In this document: in pieces, positions 15,079-24,900 of the stretch
Numbering within the stretch: the first letter of the stretch is position 1
How the letters are laid out: each line of letters begins with the position of its first letter
IMG/VR virus record: IMGVR_UViG_3300032244_000142
Location: 1-58,301 of that record
DNA: 58,301 bases
Direction: 5' to 3' (one strand)
From: a virus
Lineage: Duplodnaviria > Caudoviricetes
The notes under the pieces: generated by a model
What the model saw: only the letters and a program-made list of their open reading frames with translations
Database searches by the model: none
Told to the model about the DNA's origin: nothing
Program-made: the position numbers and the translations under genes

Positions 15079-16291
15079 ACTTGGAAATCATTATGTAAGT
15101 GATTTCATCAAAGACGATAGCGAAATGCAAGGTCGTCAAAAATATAGTCTTGATTTGTATCTTGATGAAGAATTGGGCGCACCACGTTTAGATCCAAAAG
15201 ATATTGCTCCACCATCTACTATGTGGGGCAAATATTGGTATCGTAGCGCAATAAATACAAGCATGACGCTTGAATTGCAAGGTATCGTAAAAGAAATCAC
15301 ATCCCGCGTTAAGTTGAAAGACAATGACATTTGGCTTGACATTGCATGTAATGATGGAACACTATTGAAAGCAGTTCCAGATAATCTAAACAAAGTTGGT
15401 ATTGATCCTTGTGACGATTCATTCTATGTAGAGAGTAGCAAAGTCGCTACAGTTGTGCAAGATTACTTTAGTAAATCTGCATGGGAAAGAACTAAATTTG
15501 GTGGAAAGAAAGCAAAAGTTATTACTTGCATTGCAATGTTTTATGATCTAGATGATCCACATCCATTTGTAAAAGACATGTATGATGTTCTTGATGATGA
15601 TGGTGTTGCAGTTCTTCAAATGAGTTATACTCCTTTGATGATTAACCAACTAGCATTTGATAACATTTGCCATGAGCATGTTTACTACTATGATCTGAAG
15701 AGTATTAATAAGTTGTTCTCTCAGCATGGCTTTAAAGTTGTTGACTGTAGTTTGAATGACACCAACGGCGGAAGTTTTAGAATTTATTTCCAAAAAGAAA
15801 GTGCGTCAGTCGGTAGTTTCGGCAGCTCACCATTGCGTGATGTTTGCGACTATCGTGTAGAAACAATTCTAAACTATGAGAACAATGTGGTCGACATTTC
15901 AAGTCCAATAATTTGGAATTCATTCAAGCACCGACTTGATGATTTGAAAGTTGATGTTCTTGAATTCATTGACAATGCAAAGAACAAAGGTAAGAGCGTA
16001 TATGGCTACGGCGCAAGCACCAAAGGCAATACATTACTACAATACTTTGGTATTGATCATACGCATGTTACAGCAATTGCAGAACGTAGTCCATACAAGT
16101 TTGGATACAAGACAGTTGGCTCAAACATTCCCATCATTAGCGAAGATGAAATGCGAAAAGCAAAGCCAGACTATGCTTTGGTTCTTCCCTGGCATTTCAT
16201 TAGCGAGTTTCAAGTAAGAGAGAAAGCATTTCTGGATGCTGGCGGTGCGTTTATCGTTCCTTGTCCAGTTTTTGAAATTATCTCTAAATGA
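15062..16291 (+). CDS. NDP-sugar C-methyltransferase (class I SAM, Methyltransf_13/14-like)
   Basis: LDIACNDGTLL, FDNICHEHVYYY, YGYGASTKGNTLLQY, VLPWHF. Confidence 0.88.
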   Translation: MKKLLELGNHYVSDFIKDDSEMQGRQKYSLDLYLDEELGAPRLDPKDIAPPSTMWGKYWYRSAINTSMTLELQGIVKEITSRVKLKDNDIWLDIACNDGTLLKAVPDNLNKVGIDPCDDSFYVESSKVATVVQDYFSKSAWERTKFGGKKAKVITCIAMFYDLDDPHPFVKDMYDVLDDDGVAVLQMSYTPLMINQLAFDNICHEHVYYYDLKSINKLFSQHGFKVVDCSLNDTNGGSFRIYFQKESASVGSFGSSPLRDVCDYRVETILNYENNVVDISSPIIWNSFKHRLDDLKVDVLEFIDNAKNKGKSVYGYGASTKGNTLLQYFGIDHTHVTAIAERSPYKFGYKTVGSNIPIISEDEMRKAKPDYALVLPWHFISEFQVREKAFLDAGGAFIVPCPVFEIISK

Positions 16292-17205
16292 ACATCACTA
16301 ATGTAACATTCTTCAATCGTTGGAGAAATGGTGACTGCTTTATCAATAAAGAATACGTTAGGGATATCATTTCAAGATACCCTAACGGAATCACTTTCAA
16401 ATATGCTCATGATAATCATCCGAACATTATTTCTGATTTGAATTGTGAGCATGTTCCTTTAAGTTCAATTCATCCGATTGGTACGTTTACTCCACTCGCA
16501 CAAGTAGAAAACATTCTTTACATCAACACTTGGGTTGGTTGCTGGATTGGTAAGCATCTAAAAGAAAAAGATCATGCAAACTTTCATTGTTTGCATGATA
16601 TGTGGAAAGAGTTTTATCAAGCATTGAATCTAGAAATGAAGGGTGATTATTCATACTATCACCCCTCTATCGATTTTCAAAAGTTCGATCTTACAGAAGC
16701 AAATAACTATTTGCTTAGAGTTGATCCTAAAGAAATCATTTTAATTTGTAACGGCGTTCAACAAAGCGAACAGAGTAGCATGGGCGATATGCGAAATATT
16801 ATTTTTGAACTTGCTACAAAATTTCCAGAAAAAGAGTTTCTCATTACACATAAAGTTGATGTTAAATTACCAAACGTAACATGTACGGATTATTTGTTTT
16901 CTTCTCCTATTGGAAATCTAAATCAAATTGCATTTCTAAGCATGTTTGCTAAGTTGATTATTGGTAAGAATAGTGGACCATTCACTTACGCACATATCAA
17001 AGAAAACATGAATAACTATCAAAAAACATTCATGTGCTTTTCGCATAAGATGAGAGATTGTTTGATGGGTGAAGGTGAATACTTAGCAAATTCATTCTTT
17101 AGTGATACTATTGATGATAATAAAGCAATTGAAATCTGTGAAAATCTAATACAATATCCATCGTATGCAAATTACAAAAAGTCCACTGTGGAGTTATTTG
17201 AATGA
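16288..17205 (+). CDS. putative glycosyltransferase (GT-B-like, divergent)
   Basis: Operon context; N-terminal NGDCF and C-terminal IIGKNSGPF reminiscent of GT9-like enzymes. Confidence 0.45.
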   Translation: MNITNVTFFNRWRNGDCFINKEYVRDIISRYPNGITFKYAHDNHPNIISDLNCEHVPLSSIHPIGTFTPLAQVENILYINTWVGCWIGKHLKEKDHANFHCLHDMWKEFYQALNLEMKGDYSYYHPSIDFQKFDLTEANNYLLRVDPKEIILICNGVQQSEQSSMGDMRNIIFELATKFPEKEFLITHKVDVKLPNVTCTDYLFSSPIGNLNQIAFLSMFAKLIIGKNSGPFTYAHIKENMNNYQKTFMCFSHKMRDCLMGEGEYLANSFFSDTIDDNKAIEICENLIQYPSYANYKKSTVELFE

Positions 17206-18146
17206 AAAATGTATTATTAGTTACTGGCGAATCTAAAGAATGTGGCATCTATCAATATGCTGATTCTGTCTTTGAAATTCTAAAGACTTCAAAGAAATAC
17301 GAATTTACTTTTCTTGCGACAAACAACAAAGATGATTTGTTCAATCACATAGAAAACGAAGAAAATAACACAGTAGCAGTCATCTATAATCATCATCCAC
17401 ACACAATGAATTGGTTGAATAGTGGAATCACTCGTCCAATTAAAAATTCTGGTCTTGTAAAGCAGATTGTAATCTTCGGACATGAGCATCTAAACACATT
17501 CACTGGTGTTGATCATTACATACATACAGATCCAAACGCCGATCTTAATGATTTTCTTGCATCAGGCGAGTTTGCTGGAATTCCTCCAATTACATACTAT
17601 GATGACATTCAATATAGAAAGCCTGAAGGAACTATTCGCATTGGAACTAGTGGAATTGGTAATCGGACTAAAGACCTACCAACATTGATTCGATTAATCA
17701 ATGAACAATTCACAGAAGATGTAATTCTAAATCTGCATGTTTCTGATGGAGTATTTGTTGATCCAAGCGGAAAACTCTCTGGCGCATTAGTGGATCAATG
17801 TTTGGAACTTGCAAATAGCAATGTGAAAATTAATTTCACTAGAGATTTTCTCTCAAAAAGAAATCTAATCTCATGGCTAAATCAAAACGATATCAATCTT
17901 TATTGGTATCAGACTCCAGATGTTCCTGGTGTCTCTGGATCTGTTGATCGTGCATTAGCATCAAGAAAACCTTTTGGTGTGAATCATTCTAGTTTCCTTT
18001 CACATGTGAGAAGAGATTTTAATGATTTGACAAAAGTATCAATTAAAGATATAATTGCTGCTGGTGTTGAGCCACTTCAGGAATTCTACGACGCATGGAA
18101 TCCAACTAATCTTTTAAATCTTTATGAGGGTATAATCGAAAAATGA
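17202..18146 (+). CDS. putative glycosyltransferase (GT-B/GT4-like, divergent)
   Basis: CGIYQY N-terminus; DINLYWY..., GVSGSVDRALASRKPF resemble a GT4 donor-binding region; paralogue of 19108-20094. Confidence 0.55.
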   Translation: MKNVLLVTGESKECGIYQYADSVFEILKTSKKYEFTFLATNNKDDLFNHIENEENNTVAVIYNHHPHTMNWLNSGITRPIKNSGLVKQIVIFGHEHLNTFTGVDHYIHTDPNADLNDFLASGEFAGIPPITYYDDIQYRKPEGTIRIGTSGIGNRTKDLPTLIRLINEQFTEDVILNLHVSDGVFVDPSGKLSGALVDQCLELANSNVKINFTRDFLSKRNLISWLNQNDINLYWYQTPDVPGVSGSVDRALASRKPFGVNHSSFLSHVRRDFNDLTKVSIKDIIAAGVEPLQEFYDAWNPTNLLNLYEGIIEK

Positions 18147-19111
18147 AAAGTGCATTAGTATTAGGTGGTGGAGGATTCATCGGCGGACATATGGTTAGCC
18201 GATTGAAGAGTGAAGGATATTATGTTCGTGCTGCAGATAAGAAAACGCACGAATATAAAAATCTAAATGCAGATGAATTTTTTCTTGCGGATCTAACAGA
18301 ACAAAGCGAAGTTCGGCGTGTCATCAATAGACATTTCGATGAAGTGTATCAGCTGGCTGCAGACATGGGTGGCGCTGGATATATCAATACGAATCTTTAT
18401 GACGCAGACGTTATGCATAATAGCGCAAGCATTAATCTAAACGTACTCCATCGATGCAAAGAGATGGGAATCAAAAAAGTATTCTTTAGCAGTAGTGCTT
18501 GCGTTTATAACGAAGAGTTGCAGTCTACGAATGAGAACCCAGACTGTAGAGAAGCAAGTGCTTATCCAGCACACCCAGACTCAGAGTATGGTTGGGAGAA
18601 ATTATTCTCAGAGAGACTATTTCATGCATACAATCGTCAACATGGAATGCAAAACAAAGTAGCGCGGTTTCACAATATCTTTGGTCCGTACGGCACATGG
18701 GATGGCGGCAAAGAAAAGTTTCCTGCCGCTGTTTGTAGAAAGATTGCAAAAGCGAAAGACGGTGATGAAATTGAAATTTGGGGTGACGGAGAACAAACAA
18801 GAAGTTTTCTATACATTGGAGAATGCGTTGAAGCTGTTCGCCGTTTGATGCAGAGTGAAACATTTCATGGTCCAGTAAACATTGGCGCAGATCAAATGAT
18901 TAGCATTAATGATACGGTCGATCTTGTTGCGAAAATTGCTGGTAAGACAATTCGCAAGAAACACATTGATGGTCCGACTGGTGTTCGTGGTCGCAATAGC
19001 AACAATGAATTGATTGCAGAAAAATTGAATTGGTCTCCAGAACAAAATCTTCGCGAAGGTCTAGAGACTACATACGGCTGGATTTATGAGCAAGTGGGAA
19101 AACAAAAATGA
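18143..19111 (+). CDS. GDP-mannose 3,5-epimerase-like NAD-dependent epimerase
   Basis: GGGGFIG, QLAADMGGAGYI, FSSSACVY, YGWEKLFSE, RFHNIFGP, GGKEKFPAAVCRK, GVRGRNS. Confidence 0.9.
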   Translation: MKSALVLGGGGFIGGHMVSRLKSEGYYVRAADKKTHEYKNLNADEFFLADLTEQSEVRRVINRHFDEVYQLAADMGGAGYINTNLYDADVMHNSASINLNVLHRCKEMGIKKVFFSSSACVYNEELQSTNENPDCREASAYPAHPDSEYGWEKLFSERLFHAYNRQHGMQNKVARFHNIFGPYGTWDGGKEKFPAAVCRKIAKAKDGDEIEIWGDGEQTRSFLYIGECVEAVRRLMQSETFHGPVNIGADQMISINDTVDLVAKIAGKTIRKKHIDGPTGVRGRNSNNELIAEKLNWSPEQNLREGLETTYGWIYEQVGKQK

Positions 19112-20094
19112 AAACTAAAGTTCTATTTGTTACACAGACACTTGGAGCAAAGGCTGCTTGTGGAATTGGCTTGATGGGTGATGTGACTGGTAAAGTGCTA
19201 TTGCAACATCCAGAATTGCATTTCGATATGATCTACACAGATAGTATGCATGAAACGCAAGAAAGAATTTTGTCGTTTGATCCGCAAGTTGTGATTTACA
19301 ATTATGCTCCAGGCACTACTCCGTGGATGGATCATCCTCAAATGCGAGCACCATTTCCACATATCAAACATGCAAGAATCATGCATGACATGAGTCAGCC
19401 AATTGCTGATTCATTTAGACCAGAAGCAAATCATGGTTGGCAATTCATCATCGCAGATGATCCTAGCGTGAAAGAAACGAAGCATGTATTTACAACGAAT
19501 CGTTTATTGCCCGGAGCACCAACAGTATCTTATGTTGAACCAGAAAAACCAATCATTGGATTTCAAGGCTTCGGACCTCCACACAAAGGTATCGCTAGAC
19601 TCGCACATAAGGTGCAAGAAGAGTTTGATGAAGCAACACTAAGATTGCATATTCCTTTTGGATTCTACGAAGATTTGATTCACGGTTACAAAGGCAGCAA
19701 TGCATATGCTCGCGTAAACGAAGTGAAGCAAATCATCACAAAACCAGGAATTGATGTTATTATTACACACGACCTTTTAGATACGCAACAAATTATCGAT
19801 CTATTAGCACAAAACACAATTAATTGTTATTTCTATGATTACTTAGATGGATGTGGATTAGCAAGTAGTCCAGACTATGCATTGGCAGCAAAGCGACCAA
19901 TCGCGGTAACGAGAAGCCATCAGATGCGGAACTATTGGGATCTGGAACCAAGCGTATTGATTGAGAATAGTAGTATCAAGCAGATTATTGCAAATGGAAC
20001 TACTCCTCTAGAGCCATTATATAAAGCGTATAGCAAAGAGAGTGTCTGGCAAGATTACACTCGCGTGGTAAATGCAATGTTGACTTCGGCGTAA
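19108..20094 (+). CDS. putative glycosyltransferase (GT-B/GT4-like, divergent)
   Basis: ACGIG N-terminus; GFGPPHKG; GLASSPDYALAAKRPIAV. Confidence 0.55.
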   Translation: MKTKVLFVTQTLGAKAACGIGLMGDVTGKVLLQHPELHFDMIYTDSMHETQERILSFDPQVVIYNYAPGTTPWMDHPQMRAPFPHIKHARIMHDMSQPIADSFRPEANHGWQFIIADDPSVKETKHVFTTNRLLPGAPTVSYVEPEKPIIGFQGFGPPHKGIARLAHKVQEEFDEATLRLHIPFGFYEDLIHGYKGSNAYARVNEVKQIITKPGIDVIITHDLLDTQQIIDLLAQNTINCYFYDYLDGCGLASSPDYALAAKRPIAVTRSHQMRNYWDLEPSVLIENSSIKQIIANGTTPLEPLYKAYSKESVWQDYTRVVNAMLTSA

Positions 20095-20108
20095 GAGTCT
20101 GTTATACT
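20080..20108 (+). promoter_or_regulatory. sigma70-type promoter for gp33-gp32
   Basis: TTGACT-N17-TATACT with extended TG. Confidence 0.7.
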
Positions 20109-20132
20109 TATCCTTTCTTCAATAGGAAAACT

Positions 20133-20372
20133 ATGAATCTTAAAATTCTAACTCAGAAAGAGTTTGAAGGAGAAATCAAATCCTTGCAAAAACAGCTACA
20201 ACCGATTACAATGTTAGACACAATTCTAGAATATTGCGAACGGAAGAAAATTGAAGTAGAAACTGCGGCAGCACTCATTACGCCAAAGATGAAAGCGACG
20301 ATTGAAAGCGAAGCAATGAAAGCTAGATTGATTCCACAAAAAGCAAGATTGCCACTAGAAGAGGATGATTAA
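20133..20372 (+). CDS. gp33: late transcription coactivator gp33
   Basis: F..EI..., LDTILEYCE..IEVETAAALI..KMKATIESEA..RLI; synteny with gp32. Confidence 0.85.
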   Translation: MNLKILTQKEFEGEIKSLQKQLQPITMLDTILEYCERKKIEVETAAALITPKMKATIESEAMKARLIPQKARLPLEEDD

Positions 20373-20793
20373 ACTTATGGAACCAGAAGTAAATGACAAA
20401 GTTTGGGTGATTACTCCAGAACACAAAAAGTGTATCAATGACATTTGTTATTGGAGAAAAGGCGACTACATGGTTAAACAAAACATGGGTTGGCGATGGG
20501 GCACGTTTACAGTACCAGCACCAGATGATCTTACCATTGAACAATGGTTAGCATCATATGATTCAAGTGTCGGAACTGATCTATACGAAGACTTTGGTGA
20601 TGTATTTGATTTCGAAACACAAGATGGTGTTTGGGAAGATTGGGTATTTCCAAGCAACATGCCAGAAGAAGACAGAGAAGCATTCAATTCAATCTATGAA
20701 GAAGATGGTACATGGGGATTAGAGGAAGACGGATGGATGTCTGTCGATTGCGAAATCAATGTTTCTGGTCCATTGAAAATCGAAGAACAATGA
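20365..20793 (+). CDS. acidic hypothetical protein
   Basis: 142 aa ORF, GWRWGTF motif, SD GAGG. Confidence 0.7.
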   Translation: MIKLMEPEVNDKVWVITPEHKKCINDICYWRKGDYMVKQNMGWRWGTFTVPAPDDLTIEQWLASYDSSVGTDLYEDFGDVFDFETQDGVWEDWVFPSNMPEEDREAFNSIYEEDGTWGLEEDGWMSVDCEINVSGPLKIEEQ

Positions 20794-20954
20794 TTCCAGT
20801 TCTTCTACAATCAACAACCACAACAAAACGACAACTCAATACTAATACTAAAAGCAACAAAACACTTTGTGCATTAGTATTGCCAAAGAATAAGGCACAA
20901 AGCCTTATAAATAAAGTTGTAGAGAAATCTACATATACTTTAAGTACGCAGTAA
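20790..20954 (+). CDS. possible small basic protein upstream of gp32
   Basis: ATGA overlap with the previous gene; low complexity; spans a late promoter. Confidence 0.3.
   Translation: MIPVLLQSTTTTKRQLNTNTKSNKTLCALVLPKNKAQSLINKVVEKSTYTLSTQ
20906..20913 (+). promoter_or_regulatory. T4-type late promoter upstream of gp32
   Basis: TATAAATA. Confidence 0.65.
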
Positions 20955-20991
20955 ATACACATTTATACATTTTAATACGAGGTAACACACT

Positions 20992-21897
20992 ATGGCATCA
21001 TCATTTGCAGATCTAAAGAAGTCTCGCAACAAGGACTTAGAGAAACTAACACAAGAAGTTTCTAAACTCTCAAACAAAGAAGAAGGTAAAAAATCATACG
21101 AAGACCTTCGATTCTGGAAACCCACAGTAGATAAAGCTGGCAACGGTTTCGCAACAATCCGCTTTCTTCCCGCACCAGAAGGCGAAGACGTTCCCTGGAT
21201 TCAATATTATACACACTCCTTTCAGGGTCCTGGTGGATGGTATATTGAAAATTCCCTCACATCAATAAACAAAAAAGATCCAGTCTCAGAACACAACACT
21301 GTTCTTTGGAACTCCGGCATCGATTCAAACAAAGACGTTGCGCGTAAGCAGAAGCGTAAGTTGCAATATATTAGCAACATCTATGTTGTTAAAGATCCAT
21401 CTAATCCAGAGAACGAAGGTAAAGTCTTTTTATATAAATTTGGTAAGAAAATCTTCGACAAGCTAAACGATTTGATGAATCCTGAATTTGAAGATGAAGC
21501 ACCAACGAATCCATTCGATCTTTGGGAAGGCGCTAACTTCAAACTGAAGATTCGTAAAGTTGAAGGCTATCAAAACTACGACAAGTCTGAGTTTGATCGT
21601 CCGGGTCCTTTGTCGCAAGATGATGATGACCTCGAGAACATTTGGAAACAAGAACACGCATTGTCAGAGTTTCTTGATCCAAAGAATTTCAAATCATATG
21701 ATGAATTGAAAGCTAAACTCAATAAAGTTCTTGGTCTTGATAGCGGTAGCGATGGAGATTCAATCTCTTCTATCGTTGCAAAGAGTGCTCCAGCAGCAGC
21801 ACCAGTAGCAAGTAAAACAAAGAAAACTGTTGCTGACGCATCCGAAGATGACGATGACGAATCTTTAAGTTACTTTGAGAAATTAGCAGAAGACTAA
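20992..21897 (+). CDS. gp32: single-stranded DNA-binding protein gp32
   Basis: DKAGNGFATIRFLP, GWYIENSL, KFGKKIFDK, NPFDLWEGANFKLK, acidic tail. Confidence 0.97.
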   Translation: MASSFADLKKSRNKDLEKLTQEVSKLSNKEEGKKSYEDLRFWKPTVDKAGNGFATIRFLPAPEGEDVPWIQYYTHSFQGPGGWYIENSLTSINKKDPVSEHNTVLWNSGIDSNKDVARKQKRKLQYISNIYVVKDPSNPENEGKVFLYKFGKKIFDKLNDLMNPEFEDEAPTNPFDLWEGANFKLKIRKVEGYQNYDKSEFDRPGPLSQDDDDLENIWKQEHALSEFLDPKNFKSYDELKAKLNKVLGLDSGSDGDSISSIVAKSAPAAAPVASKTKKTVADASEDDDDESLSYFEKLAED

Positions 21898-21917
21898 TTT
21901 TAAACTTATATTATGTG

Positions 21918-21946
21918 AAAGGAGAGCATTTGCTCTCCTTTTTTTT
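21918..21946. terminator. bidirectional intrinsic terminator
   Basis: AAAGGAGAGC-ATTT-GCTCTCCTTTTTTTT between convergent genes. Confidence 0.85.
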
Positions 21947-24900
21947 ATCCAGTTACTGGAAGTGCAGTTTGAGTAGTCATTCCTCTTAAAACATCAACAC
22001 TAGATACTTGTCGAACGACAGTAGTATTATTTGTTGTGTTATTACTATTGTTTCCAGCAACAACGGTGCTTCCACCAGAAGCACCTGATGATCCAGATGT
22101 TGCATTTGTTGCTGCTATAGCTGCCGCTGCAGAAGCTGCTGCAATATAGTTTCCAGTGTTTGTTGCAGTTGCTGAAGGAACGATTGCTTGAATATCAGCA
22201 AGATTTGTTTTAAAGTCTGCTTCACTTAACATTCTATCAGAATTTAAATCGTAAATTGGATTTCCATTTCTATCATATCCAACTACATTGTCTGGAGCAT
22301 CAATAACCCAACTACCTGTTTTTTCATTAAACACTCCACGAGGACTTCCACCAACTGGGCCAGCCTCATTGTAATCTGTAGGACCTCGCGCTTCTTCTGG
22401 CTGCACATAAGTGGCTCTACTTATAGAAGTATCTAATTGCCCAGCCGTTGCAGACAATAGTCCAGAAGCAATTGTATTATAAGAAACTTTCTGTAATGAT
22501 TCAGCTGTCTTTCCAAGTTCTTCAGTTAATTTAGCGTCATATGTGACACCTTTCTTATAAAGTTCTTCAACTTTTTTAACAATTCGTTTTGCAACTTCAT
22601 TAGCATTTAATTTAGAATATGCTTCTGGAGTACCAAAGTCAATTTGATCAATAGATGATCCAAGAGGCGCTTGTGGAGTGCCTCTATAGAATGCTATGAT
22701 AACTCCAAATTTGTTAATTTGTGTACCAATATAATCGAATGCTCCAATATTTGTACCAAGACTTCCAGCTTTCACTTGAAATGCCTTTGCAGCATTGAAT
22801 GCAATTTTTAACATTTGATCACAAACTGCAATCCAAGCGACTTGTCCATTTTGATCTAATTGTCCCCAATCAAGTGTCCAGTTCGTTGTTATTTTTGCAA
22901 TATCATTATTGTCAGCGTTCCAAAGTATTCTTTGAATTGTTGGATTTGGATCACCACCACTTCCCATAATCAATGAGCCCACAACAAGGAACCCCGCCAC
23001 AATCCATGTGGCTGGATTCATTGCTAATGCTGAGGCAGCTTCCATTAGTCCAGCACCAGCACCAGCCGCGCCACCAGCTAAAGCGGTTTGAGGAACAGCT
23101 GCACCAATAGTTCCAACTCCAGACTCAAATCCAGCCACTGTTCCTGCACTCGCACCTCCAGCATAACTTGCACCAGCTGCACCAGCATATCCAGTTCCAG
23201 CAAGATCGACAATTGGTGCCGCAGTTTGCGTTCCACCAAATCCAAGAAGATTTGAAACATATCCAGCAGCTTGCCCAGCAGCTTGAGTAAATGTAGCATT
23301 TCCAAACACAGCACTATATGCAGCTTGACCAGCATATTTTAAACCTTGATTGATTGCAAAATTTGCAAGCATTTGCATGTATGGGTTTTTGACTCCTAAT
23401 GCTTTCATTGCATTTTGAGTCACCGCTACTCTACCAAGATCAAAAGCCATATTGCCGACTTGTGCTAACGGACCACCAGTATCAAAAAATCCACGAGCAC
23501 CACCGACGCCCAATGTTCCACCAGCAGTCGATCCAGACCCAGTTCGACCTTCAGCTAGAATTCTATTTGTGTCGCCAATTCCCGCGATGATCAATTCATC
23601 ACGATATGCTTGATCTGCTGCAAATTTTGCAGATTCAATATCAGTTGTTGTAATTGCTTTATCGCCGCCTGGAACATTTTGAATCGTAGCACCAGTCGAA
23701 CTTACATCTCCAATTCTACCATAAGCATCAGCATTAAATGATGTTGTACTATTTAAGCTAACTTTCTTTCCAGTTCTGGGATCAATATATTCCGTAGTCT
23801 TTGCTCCAGGATTCATAAATTGATTTACATAATCACTACCAGCAGAGCCAAGAGTATTAGCCATGTACTCAATTCCTTGCATTGGATTTTTAAATCCATA
23901 TTTTGCAAAGACAGTCTCGTAGCCAGTTGAGACTCCAGTAGTGCCGAATATCAATTGTTCAGCAGCTAGTTTCTTATTACCTCTAGCATAATTACCAAGA
24001 ATCTGACCAGTAAGAATGTTACTCTTTTCAGCATTCATTCCACCGATCATACCAAATAGAAGTCTTCCTCCAGCGCGAGCACCTGCTTCAAGATATCCTG
24101 TTGCTAAATTATTGAGTGCTGGTGCGAGCATTCCGCCATATTGTTTGCCAAATAGACTTGTCGCTAATTTGCTTACACTTCTACCAACACCGAAAATACT
24201 ATTTAATTGTTGTCCACGGAATAATGCACCACCAGCCGCCTGTTGACTTACACCAATACCTTTTGGAAACAATGTTTGTCTTAATGCGAGACTAATTGCT
24301 CTTGGTGCAATCTTTTGAAATTGCATTGCAAAGTTCTTATTAGTCTCTGCAATGATTTGTTCTGGTGTCTTTAGTATTGGACGAATCGGTTTATTTCTAG
24401 GAGCAACCGCATTTGCAGTTCTTGCACTACTTTGTACAAGATTTTTAAAATTATTTGCTGTATCTTTACCAATTGCTGTTGCTACACCTATAGCAACATT
24501 TGATGCTTTTCTAATCTCTTTTCTAACTTCTTCTAATTTTTGACCTAAAACTTGAACAGCAGGATCTACATTTGCTTTAGTGGTTTCTAATATTGATCCA
24601 GCACCAGTCTTTACATTTTCATATGTTTCTTTAGCTATTGATTTTACATTATCAAAAATACTTGAAGTAGTTCCCATCAATCCTGCAGCCATTAATGCTC
24701 TTTGACCAACGGCAGCTCCACTCGATCTTTCATATTTCTGATCAAAAATAACAGCGGCTTGTTCAGCAGTTGTTGCTGTTTTTAAAGCCTTTCCAGCTTT
24801 TCGTTCAGTATTATTTAATTCCCATTGAATAAATTGTAATTGCTCTGTGAGATTAGATTGTCTTATAGGTTTACCAAATACTCTTTCAAATGTCGCTTGA

